64,000 nucleotides of DNA from Felis catus. Its lineage: Eukaryota. Every line of letters begins with the position of its first letter. Positions within the stretch are counted from its first letter, which is position 1. The DNA lies in NCBI RefSeq assembly GCF_018350175.1, contig NC_058368.1:88414001-88478000 (forward strand), given 5' to 3'. Under the pieces are notes generated by a model. The model did no database searches. It was given only the letters and a program-made list of their open reading frames with translations, and had not been told where the DNA came from. The position numbers and the translations under genes were made by a program. This document shows positions 52,081 to 64,000 of the stretch, one piece after another.

Positions 52081-52654
52081 GAAAAGAAATATGTCTTTCA
52101 TTTTCTTACTTTAAAATTAACAAATAAGAGGTGGTGGATCTCTCACAGAAAGCTAGTATCCCCTTAAAATTGAATATAGCTATGTGCATTGAAAGAACTA
52201 TTTAAGATCATTTTATGTAACAGTTAGAAGTTGGTCCCTGGTGTTTAATAAGACATTTAAAAAGGAACCTATGCTAGATTTCAGTATCTTAATTTCCAAA
52301 ATGGAGAATAAGGATAGAAATACAAATGATGATTATGGAAGGAAATTGAGTGTGACTGGCAAACAATATGCACTCTTAGGAAATCACAATCAGAAGGATT
52401 ATTACTAGAGAATTTTGGCATTTTTTCCTGTTCTGAAAATCGAGGTGCTGGAATAACCTTATTTCATGAACTGTATAGGTGACAGAGTTAGTTACCCTTC
52501 AACATTCATCAAATATTAAACGAGTTTGACTTGTGTGAGATCCAGGATGATGTTGCAGGAAGAATATTCCATTTTTCATTCATTATTTCAATAACTTTAA
52601 ACAAATAAGTGGTAAAGAGATTTCAAAAGAGGCATGCCATGATTTCTTAAAAAA

Positions 52655-52856
52655 TTTTTTTAATGTTTATTTTTCATACAGAGAAGACAAAGCATAAGCA
52701 CGGAAGGGGCAGAAAGAGAGGGAAACACAGAATCTGAAGCAGGATCCAGGATCTGAGCTGTCAGCACAGAGCTTGATGTGGAGCTCAAACTCAAACCACC
52801 AGATCATGACCTGAGCCAAAGTCAGATGCTTAACCAACTTAGGTACCCAGACACCC
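52655..52856 (-). mobile_element. Can-SINE
   Basis: Reverse SINE; flanking catgatttctt repeat. Confidence 0.9.
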
Positions 52857-53023
52857 ATGTCATGATTTCTTTTGCTTACATATAAGGAGAAATTTAAAAT
52901 TAGAAAATATGGCACATTCAAGTATCCCACAAGAGAAATGGCCTAGTAAGATTGGGTGGCTTTATTATTCATTAGTATTGTTTTGTGAGCATAAACTTCA
53001 CTGTGGGAATAAAATAAAATTAA

Positions 53024-56000
53024 GGGGGGGGGTGCTTGGAAGATGGTGGCATAGGAGGACACTGGGCTCACCACATCCGGCTGATCGCTTAGATTCCACC
53101 CACATCTGCCTAAATAACCCAGAAAACCGCCAGAAGACTAGCAGAATGGACTCTCCAGAGCCAAGCGTAGACAAGAGGCCCATGAAAGAGGGTAGGAAGG
53201 GCAGAGAGGCAGTGTGCACTATACAGACTGGTGGGAGGGAGCCAGGGCAGTGGAGGGGCAACCAGCCCTGCAAGGCAGAGCCCCTGAAGTCTGGCTTGCA
53301 AAAGCGGAGGGGCTGGACTCTGAGTTCTGACAGCCAGTGGGACTTAACAACTGGAATGTTATAAGTCAACAACTCTGCTCAGAGAGCAGGAGGGAGAGAG
53401 GACACCAGGAGGGAGAGTTTTTGAGCCCTGGAAAACAGAGCTCAGCTAAGTGGGGAACAAAGGCACTGGTCAGCACCATCTGCCTCTCCCATCCCCCAGC
53501 CGAAATCCCAAAGGGAACCAGTTCCTGTCAACGAACTTGCTTGCACCATGCAAACACCCAACGTGGTGCTCTGTGGATCCATCCCTCCAACAGGTCTGCC
53601 TCCCTCCTGGTGCTGCAGGGCCCCTCCTGCAGGGGACCACCGGTGGCAAAGCGAGCTATGCCTGCCCCTCCCGCCCCTGTGCACCTCGTGGATCCACCCC
53701 AGCTAATACGCCAGATCCCATTGAAGCACACCACAAGCCTGGCGGTGTGCAAGTAGCCCAGACAGGGGCCACACCACTCCACAGTGAGTCCTGTCCCTGG
53801 GAGAGGGGAAGATAAGGTACACAACAGTCTGACTGTGGCCCCAACAGTGGGCTGGGGGCAGACATCGGATCTGACTGCCGCCCCGCCCACCAACACAAGT
53901 TACTCCAGACAGCATATGGGAAGTGCCCTGCAGTTTGGAGCCACCACAGGGACTATCCATAATGACAAAATGGAAGAATTCTCCCCAAAAGAAACTCCAG
54001 GAAGTAGCAACAACTAACGAATTGATCAAAACCAATTTAAGCAATACAATGGAACAAGAATTTAGAATAATCATCATAAAATTGATTGCTGGGCTTGAAA
54101 AAGCATAGAGGAGAGCAGAGAATTTATTGCTACAGATCAAGGGCCTAAGAAATAGTCATAAGGGCTAAAAAATGCTATAAGTGAGGTGCAAAATAAAATG
54201 GAGGCAGCCATAGCACGGATTGAAGAGGCAGAGGGGAGAATAGGTGAATTAGAAGATAAAATTATGGAAAAAGAGGAAGCTGAGAAAAAGACAGACTAAA
54301 AAAATCCAGGAGTATGAGGGGAGAATTAGAGAACTAAGTGATGCAATCAAACGGAACAATATCTGCATCATAGGAATTACAGAAGAAGAAGAAGCAAGAG
54401 AAAGGGGCTGAAGGTGTACTTGAACAAATCATAGCTGAGAACTTCCCTGATCTGGGAAGGAAAAAGGCATTGGAATCCAAGAGGCACAGAGAACTCCTTT
54501 CGGACGTAACTTGAATGGATCTTCTGCACGACATATCATAGTGAAACTGGCAAAATACAAGGATAAACAGAAAAATCTGAAAGCAGCTAGGGATAAACAG
54601 GCCCTAACTTACAAAGGTAGACCCATAAGAGTAGTGGCAGACCTATCTACTGAAACTTGGCAGGCCTGAAAGGAATGCTGAGAATCCTTCATCCAGCAAG
54701 TCTGTCATTCAGAATAGGAGAGATAAAGGTTTTCCCAAACAAAGAAAACCTGAAGGAATTCATCAACACTAAACCAGCCCTACAAAAGATCCTAAGGGGG
54801 ATTCTGTGAGGGAAATGTTGCAAGGACCACAAAGTACCACAGACATCACTACAAGCATGAAACCTACAGACATCACAATGACTCTAAACCTATATCTTTC
54901 AATAATAACATTGAATGTAAATGGACTAAATGCTCCAACCAAAAGACATAGGGTATCAGAATGGATAAAAAATAAGACCCATCTATTTCTGTCTACAAGA
55001 GACTCATTTTAGACCTGAGGACACCTTCAGATTGAAAGTGAGGGGATGGAGAACTATCATGCTACTGGAAGTCAAAAGAAAGCTGGAGTAGCCATACTTA
55101 TATCAGACAAACTAGACTTTAAATTAAAGGTTGTAATAAGAGATGAAGAAGGACATTATAGAATAATTACAGGGTCTATCCATCAGGAAGAGCTAACAAT
55201 TATAAATGTCTATGCGCCAAATATGGGAGCCCTCAAATATATAAAATAATTAATCACAAACATAAGCAATCTTATTAATAAGAATGAGGTAACTTCAGGG
55301 GACTTTAATGCTCCACTTACAACAATGGATAGGTCATCTAGACACAGGATCAATAAAGAAACAAGGGCTCTGAATGATGCATTGGATCAGATGGACTTGA
55401 CAGATATATTTAGAACTCTGCATCCCAAAGCAACAGAATATACTTTCTTCTCGAGTGCACATGGAACATTCTCCAAGATAGATCACATACTGGGTAACAA
55501 AACAGCTCTTCATAAGTATTAAAGAATTGCGATCATACCATGCACACTTTCAGACCACAATGCTATGAAGCTTGAAATCAACCACAGGAAAAAGTCTGGA
55601 AAACTTCCAAAAGCATGGAGGTTAAAGTACACCCTACTAAAGAATGAATGGGTCAACCAGGCAATTAGAGAAGAAATTTAAAAACATATATGGAAACAAA
55701 TGAAAATGAAAATACAACAATCCAAATGCTTTGGGATGCAGCGAAGTCACTGCTGAGAGGGAATACATTGCAAGAAACAAGAAAAATCCCCAATACAAAA
55801 TCTAACAACACACCTAAAGGAAATAGAAGAAGAACAGCAAAGATACCCTAAACCCAGCAGAAGAAGAGAAATAATAAAGATCAGAGCATAAATAAACAAT
55901 ATAGAATCTAAAAAATCTGTAGAGCAGATCAATGAAACCAAGAGTTGTTTTTTTGAAAAAATAAACAAAATTGATAAACCTCTAACCACCCTTCTCAAAA

Positions 56001-59000
56001 AGAAAAGGGAAATGACCCAAATAGATAAAATCATGAATGAAAATGGAATTATTACAACCAATCCCTCAGAAATACAAGCAATTATCAGGGAACACTATGA
56101 AAAACTATATGCCAACAAACTGGACAACCTGGAAGAAATGGACAAATTCCTAAACACCCACACACTTCCAAAACTCAATCAGGGGGAAATAGAAAACTTG
56201 AACGGACCCATAACCAGCGAAGAAATTTAATCAGTTCATCAAAAATCTCCCAATTGTGGCACCTGGGTGGCTCAGTCGGTTAAGTGTCCAACTCCGGCTC
56301 AGGTCATGATCTTGCAGATTGTGAGTTGAAGCCCCACGTGAGGCTCTGTGCTGACAGCTCAGAGCCTGGAGCCTGCTTCTGATTCTGTGTCTCCCTCTAT
56401 CTCTGTCCCTCCTCTGCTCATGCTCTATCTCTCTCTCTCTCAAAAATAAATAAACATTAAAAATATTTTTAAAAATCCCCCAACAAATAAGAGTCCAGGA
56501 CCAGATGGCTTCCCTGGGAAATTCTACCAGACATTTAAAGAAGGCATAATACCTATCCTTCTCAAGCTGTTCCAAAAAATAGAAAGAGAAGGAAAACTTC
56601 CAGACTCATTCTAGCATTACTTTGAATCCTAAACCAGACAGAGACTCATTCCAGCATTACTTTGAATCCTAAACCAGACAGAGACCCAGCCAAAAAAGAG
56701 AACTACAGGCCAATATCCCTGATGGATATGGATGCAAAAATTCTCAATAAGATACTAGCAAATCGAATTCAACAGCATATAAAAAGGATTATTCACCATG
56801 ATCAAGTGGGTTCATTCCTGGGCTGCAGACTTGTTCAACATTGGCAACTCAATCAATGTGATACATCACATTAACAAAAGAAAAGAAAAGAACTATATGA
56901 TCCTGTCAAACGATGCAGAAAAAGCATTTGAAAAAATTCAGCCTCTTTTCTTAATAAAAACCCTCAAGAAAGTCAGGATAGAAGGAACATACTTAATCAT
57001 CATCAAAGCCATTTATGAAAAGCCCACAGCTAATATCATCCTCAATAGGGAAAATTGAGAGCTTTCCCCCTGAGATCAGGAACATGACAGGGATGTCCAC
57101 TCTTACCATTGTTGTTTAACATACTGTTGGAAGATCTAGCATCAGCAATAAGACAACAAAAGGAAATCAAAGGCATCAAAATTGGCAATGATGAAGTCAA
57201 GCTTTCACTTTTTCAGATGACATGGTATTATACATGGAAAACCCGATAGACTCCACCAAAGTCTACTAGAACTACTACATGAATTCAGCAAAATTGCAGG
57301 ATACAAAATCAATGTACAGAAATCAGTTTCATTCATATACACTAATAATGAAGCAACAGAAAGACAAATAAAGAAACTGATCCCCTTCACAAATGCACCA
57401 AGAATCATAAAATGCCTAGGAATAAACCCTAACCAAAGATGTAAAATATCTGTGTGCTGAAAACTATAGAAAGCTTATGAAGGAAATTGAAGAAGATATA
57501 AAGAAATGGAAAAACCTTCCATGCTCATGGATTGGAAAAATAAATATTGTCAAAATGTCAATACTACCCAAAGCATTCTACACATTCAATGCAATCCCAA
57601 TCAAAATTGCTCCAGCATTCTTCTCGAAGCTAGAACAAAGAATCCTAAAATTTGTATGAACCACAAAAGACCCTGAATAGCCAAAGTAATATTGAAGAAG
57701 AAGACCAAAGTGGGAAGCATCACAATCCCAGACTTTAGCCTCTACTACAAAGCTGTCATCATCAAGACAGCATGGTATTGGCACAAAAGCAGGCACATAG
57801 ACCAATGGAATAGAATAGAGACTCCAGAATTGGACCCACAAAAGGATGGCCAACTAATATTTGACAAAGCAGGAAAGAATATCCAATGCAACAAAGACAG
57901 TGTATTTAAGAAATGGTGCTAGAAGAACTGGACAGCAACATGCAGAAGAATGAACCTGGACCACTTTCTTACACTGTGCACAAAAATAAACTCAAAAAGG
58001 ACACAGGACCTGAATATGAGACAGGAAACCATCAAAACCCTAGAGGAGAAAGCAGGAAAAAAACCTCTGAGACCTCAGTCATAGCAATTTCTTACTTGAC
58101 ACATCCCCAAAGGCAAGGGAATTAAAAGCAAAATGAACTATTGGGACCCCATGAAGACAAAAAGCTTCTGCATTGCAAAGGAAACAATCAACAAAACTAA
58201 AAGGCAACTGATGGAAAGGGAAAAGATATTTGCAAATGACATATCGGACAAAGGGCTAGTATCCAAAATCTATAAAGAACTCACCTAACTCCACACCCAA
58301 AAAACAAGTAATTCAGTGAAGAAATGGGCAGAAAACATGAATAGACACTCCTCTAAAGAAGACATCCAGATGGCCAACAGGCACATAAAAAGATGCTCAA
58401 TGTCATTCCTCATCAGGGAAATACAAACCAAAACCACACTGAGCTACCCCCTCACACCAGTAAGAGTGGCTAAATGAACAAATCAGGAGACTATAGATGC
58501 TGGAGAGGATGTGGAGAAACGGGAGCCTTCTTGCACTGCTGGTAGGAATGCAAACTGGTGAAGCCGCTCTGGAAAACAGTGTGGAGGTTCCTCAAAAAAA
58601 TTAAAAATGGGTCTATCCTATGACCCAGCAATAGCGCCGCTAGGAATTTACCCAAGGGATACAGGCGTGCTGATACATAGGGACATTGTACCCCAATGTT
58701 TATAGCAGCACTTTCAACAATGGCCAAATTATGGAAAGAGACTAAATATCCATCAACTGATGAATGGATAAAGAAATTGTGGTTTATATACACAATGTAA
58801 TACTACTTGGCAATGAGAAAGAATGAAATATGGCCTTTTGTAGCAACATGGATGGAACTGGATAGTGTCATGCTAAGTGAAATAAGCCATACAGAGAAAG
58901 ACAGATACCATATGTTTTCACTCTTATGTGGATCCTGAGAAACTTAACAGAAGACCATGGGGGAGGGGAAGGAAAAAAAAGTTAGAGAGGGAGGGAGCCA

Positions 59001-59170
59001 AACCATAAGTGACTTTTAAAAACTGAGAATAAACTGAGGGTTGATGGGGGTTGGGAGGGAGGGGAAAGTGAGTTATGGGCATTGAGGAGGGCACCTGTTG
59101 GGATGAGCACTGGGTGTTGTATGGAAATCAATTTGACAATAAAATTCATATTAAAAAATACAAAAAAAGA
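53024..59170 (+). mobile_element. Full-length (~6.1 kb) felid L1, inactive
   Basis: G-run/aagatgg 5' start, ORF1 ATG at 53962 (MTKWKNSPQKK), ORF2 from 54878 (ITLNVNGLNAP) to ~58938, poly-A, flanking aaaa(t/g)aaaattaa. Both ORFs have stops and frameshifts; SINE insertion; ~40-bp tandem duplication at ~56603-56685. Confidence 0.96.
56257..56470 (+). mobile_element. Can-SINE inserted into L1 ORF2
   Basis: ggcacctgggtggctcagtcggttaag...A tail; TSD aaaaatc(t/c)cccaa. Confidence 0.93.
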
Positions 59171-60069
59171 AAATTAAATAATTCAATTTAGTACACAATA
59201 TATTAATTATATTAGTCTGAGTTGATGAGAGAAATAATATACTAGATATTGAACAAAAATATTGAAGCTAAAGACATAAATAGAGAACATTTATGGAGAA
59301 TAGAGTTGTCACGATGAAATATGAAGATCAGAATGGGAAGAAATAAGAATCATTTAATTGTTTCACTAGTCTATACAAAATAATAAAGCAAAATTAAAGA
59401 AATGATGATTATAAATTTCTAATTTAAAAACTAGGCATGATGTTATAAAAAAGAAATGCATTGCAACAAAAGCAGATAAAGATACTCACCAGAAATCTTA
59501 ATCAAATTGTGTAAACAAAAGAAATTACAACAAAAACATTAAAAAGCACAGCGTTTTAAAGCAGAGAAAAATAAATTAGAAAACCTACAGAGGTGAGAGT
59601 ACACTCTGCAGCCTTAATAGATGCCAGAACACACATAAATAAATATAGTGTTAGAAAAGTCTTGCTTAATTAAAATTAAATGCACAGCTAAATATCTTGA
59701 ACTAAAAAGAGTAAATAGAATTTTCAAAGTTGCATTACCAATAGGTAATTACTAGCATTGTACTAAAGTACAATAGTCATGCTTTAGAGTGTATTTCTCT
59801 TGTATACAGAAAAATTTTCCTTAAGGGTGTTTGAGAAATAAAACGAAAGATAAAGGAACTGTCAACACATGGGAATATCAAATCCTCCTTGATACTATAC
59901 TAAGAAACTCGAGGGTACTTGGTAACAGAGGTTTGAAAAATATTTAGATACAGTAAAACTTTCAATTACATATAAATTAAAATCACATTTAAATATTATA
60001 TATAAACACTCCATAATTTGAATAAAATCAAAATAATCAATTATAGATAACGATTTTCAGAATGTGTAC

Positions 60070-60982
60070 TTATAACTTGATTGTAATTTTCCCACACTTT
60101 TGAAACACATTTTTTATTATTTTATTAGAACTTGTTAGCACCAATGCACTGACAGTGGCATAGACATTGGCACAAGCTTCTGGACATCCAGAATGAACGT
60201 GTCCTGTGCCCATAACAGAGTGGAGGAGAAGGAGATAATGACGCCCACCTAGTACATGACCACAAAGAAACTCGCCAATAGCAGGATGGTTTGGGTGGCC
60301 CTTCTCTAGGGGGAGACTCTTGAGGAGAGGTGATGGCACTGCCTCTGATGACTGCACAAGAGAATCATAATGTATGCACTTGAGAGCAGCATGCCTCCAA
60401 CAAACAACCATCCCTGGATATTGAAAAAGTGAAAACCGGTTCCCTGATGATGGAGTTTAGGTGAGAAAGTGAGAAGTATTTACTGACACACAGTAGACTG
60501 CTCTGGGTCACTTTAGAAGGAGCAGCAGTATACAAGATGCAGTTACTAATGAGAGACAAACTGAGAAACCATAAGATGATAAAAGAATGGAAGATGTACT
60601 TTTTGCATGTATGTTTAAAGCTGGCCAACCAGGAGGTGCTAGGGCTGATGATGATGGCCTTGAACATGCCGAGGCGGCAGGTGGTGCTCAAGGAGAGACC
60701 CCGTGTCTCCCTGATCATGCAGAATAAAGCCTTGAATTTGAAATCACTTAGAATGTTCAGTACTTCAAATATGTCTGTAGACATTAAAAACAGTGCAGGG
60801 AAGAGTTTTATTATGTGGACAAGAGCCAAGGGATAGATGGTCATTTCAGAAGGCTTAGGCCTGTAATCCAGAAGGAGCATGAAGATGTGGAAGAGAAGCA
60901 GGAAGGTGTTGGCAAAAATTACAATACTAACGTGTAAAATTTGGCCTATCTTAATAGTAATATAAATGGAATATGTCATCAT
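60070..60982 (-). pseudogene. Vomeronasal type-1 receptor (V1R/VN1R family) pseudogene
   Basis: ANTFLLLFHI, RPKP, RGLSLSTTC, AIIISPSTSWLASFK, then third-frame MLLSSAY..HQRQ..SP*RRATQTILLL..VVMY*V, then NVYATVSALVL. Two frameshifts (~60410, ~60170), stops at 60306-60308 and 60249-60251. Confidence 0.93.
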
Positions 60983-61169
60983 CACAGTGGCCAAAAAAAT
61001 AGATCCTTTTGTGTATCTGAAAAAAATTACACTTTACATCATCAATGTGATTCATTTTCTTGTCAAAATCATCACCACAATTTTTATTTTACTCGTTTAA
61101 TCAGTAAACCTATGTTGTATAAAATCTTAGAAATACAGTCTCAACATTATTTGTACACCAATTTTACTA

Positions 61170-61290
61170 TGTGTATATTATATACATACCTACCTATCTG
61201 TCATCTTCCTATATCTATCATTCTATCTATCTATCTATCTGTCTATCTATCTATCTATCTATCTATCCATCATCTATCTATCTATATTCT
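61170..61290. repeat. (TCTA)n-type microsatellite
   Basis: tctatctatctatct tract. Confidence 0.9.
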
Positions 61291-62115
61291 ATAATATATG
61301 CATCATCTAACTTGGGAGAGAGAGAAGAAAAGAGAGGGAGGTGGGGTGGGGGACAAAGAGAAAGAACTCATATCCATATTCATGCCAGGATGATGTACCC
61401 ATTCCCCATACTCCTACAGTACATTCATTTCTTTTTTAGAAAGTTGTTCTTACCTTTCCTCCATTGCCCGTCTCATATTCAGCACCAAGAATACTAATAG
61501 CCATATAAAGTATGCATAGGTGTTCATATAGTTGAACTGTTATAAATTTTATGCTAATGGGGAAAGAATTACCAAACAAATAATTGGGAAAAAATTATGC
61601 CCAGGCGAGTCTTCCATCACATTCTGTGACACTTTTTCTTCTTCCTCCTTCCACATTTAGAGATCATCATGATTACATTTGTTCTATTTTGATAATTCAG
61701 CATAATCTCACCTTAAAATCAGATTATTATTAATCATCTTTTTACCAGTAATCTTAATTCTCATTGACATACAACCTAATGTATTCATATCAGGGATATG
61801 GGGATTTGCATATAGACATACCAGAGGATAAGAATAACTACTTTATTCCAAATCTTATTAAAAATTTTATTCAGGTTGAACCTGCCACATTCCCCTTTAT
61901 TTTCATCACAGTGATTCATTTTGTAATCTCTTTTTATATCAGTAGGGAATTGCTGAAGACCATTTCTCAATTTTCAAGTGGACAAGAAGACAAACACATG
62001 ATTATACAGTTTATGATGTCCACAAAGTTGTTTTAAAATGTTTGTATGGAGATATTTTCAGAGCATTTCATTTAATATGAGGATATCCTCCCACACCATT
62101 AAAAATCCTCCAATA

Positions 62116-62322
62116 GGGGTGCCTGGGTGGCTCAGTCAGTTAACGGTCTGACTCTTGATTGATTTCAGCTCTGGTCATGATCTCAGGGTTGTGAGTGATT
62201 CCTGTGTAAGCCTCTGCACTGACAGCTCAGAGCGTGCTTGGGATTCTCTCTCTCCCTCTCTCTCCCCTCACCAACTGTCACACACTCACTCTCTCTGAAG
62301 ATAAATAAATGAACATATGTAA
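62116..62322 (+). mobile_element. Can-SINE
   Basis: ggggtgcctgggtggctcagtcagttaac...(CT)n...ataaataaa. Confidence 0.9.
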
Positions 62323-64000
62323 AAATGTCCCAATTAAAAAATATGCTGATATTTCCAGCATCAGAATACTTTGTAAAATGTCACTGAATAATTTTGCAAT
62401 TATTTATTATGGTATTTGCCCTACATGTAGGCATAATTATTTTACCCAAATAATGTGATACAGGGATTAAAATATTTAGCTGTACTACTTATTCTATTTA
62501 TTCTTCTATTGAAAGGAGTACTCACCTTTGTTCTCAATGAAGATATTTTGAGAGTGAGTGTTCTTGGGTGAAACTCAGAATGTCATTGCTGAGGTAAAAA
62601 AAAATGTTCTATAATCACATGATATATGGGATTTTATAAAGCAGTAATTGCACATTCGGTTAAATGGCTGTTTCCAAATGTTTATTATGTGACAAATTTA
62701 TCTTCAAAGTCAGAAACAAAAAACTAATAGTTGCCACAAATATATATCTATACCGCAGAACACTTGGGTTATGCTGTCATATTAGGCCCTAGAGACTAGG
62801 CCTGATCTATTAGGCTATATTGCCTTAAAGGCACATTGATATCCAAATTGTAGGGATCATAGTCCAGTGTCAGTAAAGGAACATTTGGCTGTTGGCCACT
62901 AGTATGTATGTATAATTACTTACTTAATGTATATGAATTTTAAAGATATAAGACATGTATCCCCCCAAAAGAGATAACAAATTATATTCAATAAAATTAT
63001 ATATATATAACTTTTAATATTTTACCAGCTTATGGAATATATGGCTGACCACCTCTAAGTCATGCCTGCTTTCTGTAAATGGCTATCACATACTGAAAAG
63101 GTGTATTTCTGCTGAGTAGATACATAATGTTCTCTGCCATCCCCCCACCGTGACACTCTCGATGGTTTTGGTGTTGAGCCTAGACAAGAAATTACCATGT
63201 TTGCCATAGGTTTGAGTTGGAGAATCAAGTGTAAGACATTCAGTTAAATTTAATTATCAGAAAAATGATGAATAATTATTTTAGTAGATGTATGTACCAA
63301 CTATTGCATACACACATTAAATGCATGTATGCAAGTAATATATAGTGGTCCAAAAAAGTCACTGCCACTTTTCTGAATTTCAGTTCCTGCATCCTGTGAT
63401 TATATTCAATAAATCTGAAAAACTTACCAAGGAAAAATAATGGGATTTGGAAGACATGGATTCTATCTGTAGAAATGAAATATTTAAAAAATATGTATAT
63501 TTGATTGGTGAGTACATAAAAAGGAACTTGGTCTTAGCACAAATATTGAAAACCTCTAAATCTAAATGCACATCTCAGTACTCAGTCTGAAGAGAGATAA
63601 TTAGTTCTTCCTGGGGTTGAGGGTGCAAACACTAAACAGTCCTGGAAGACGGATAAGGCAGATGAAGTTCACTCTAATGTGTATGCTCTTACTTGAGGGT
63701 ATTTTGAATATTTTAAGCCAAAATCATGTACATAATCATAGATAATGGTGAGTAAATATCACCCTTAAATAAACCTGGCACAAACACCCATCATAAGTTC
63801 TTTGGACTGACATCAAATGTCTGAAATAATAAGGGGAAATGAAAGGAAGAAATCATTTGCAACAACCCAAGTGATATTTCTCAGTAGATTATGTTATATA
63901 GGAGAAAATAAAGTTTTATAAAATGTATTTCCTTACCATTATAAAAAATCTTTCATTCGAAGTTCTATTATCCAATAAATTATATAATATTTATACAGTG

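Noticed and set aside
53024..59170. Retrotransposition-competent L1
   Set aside because: Stops and frameshifts in both ORFs, a SINE insertion and an internal duplication.

Overview
Mammalian genomic DNA from a felid, judged by young cat-type Can-SINEs and a cat-type L1. No intact protein-coding gene is visible. The left part (about 1-26.4 kb) is GC-richer by eye. It holds old LTR, L1 and Tigger fragments, a degenerate hexamer array, degenerate TTAGGG-like arrays, a CpG-rich patch with a strong two-part CTCF motif, a solo LTR, and a possible heavily decayed intronless PTK6/SRMS-like kinase relic. The middle (29.6-35.8 kb) is a defective gamma-like ERV with a tRNA-Glu PBS. It is inserted into a SINE and cut off after pol, with no env, no 3' LTR and no remaining SINE half. 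The right part (37.4-64 kb) is AT-rich and L1-dense. It holds a full-length but disabled L1, a V1R pseudogene, and a paralogous copy of the V1R 5' flank whose coding exon is missing where a young L1 without a TSD sits. Repeat subfamily names and protein similarities come from recall and by-eye alignment, not from searches. Boundaries are approximate.
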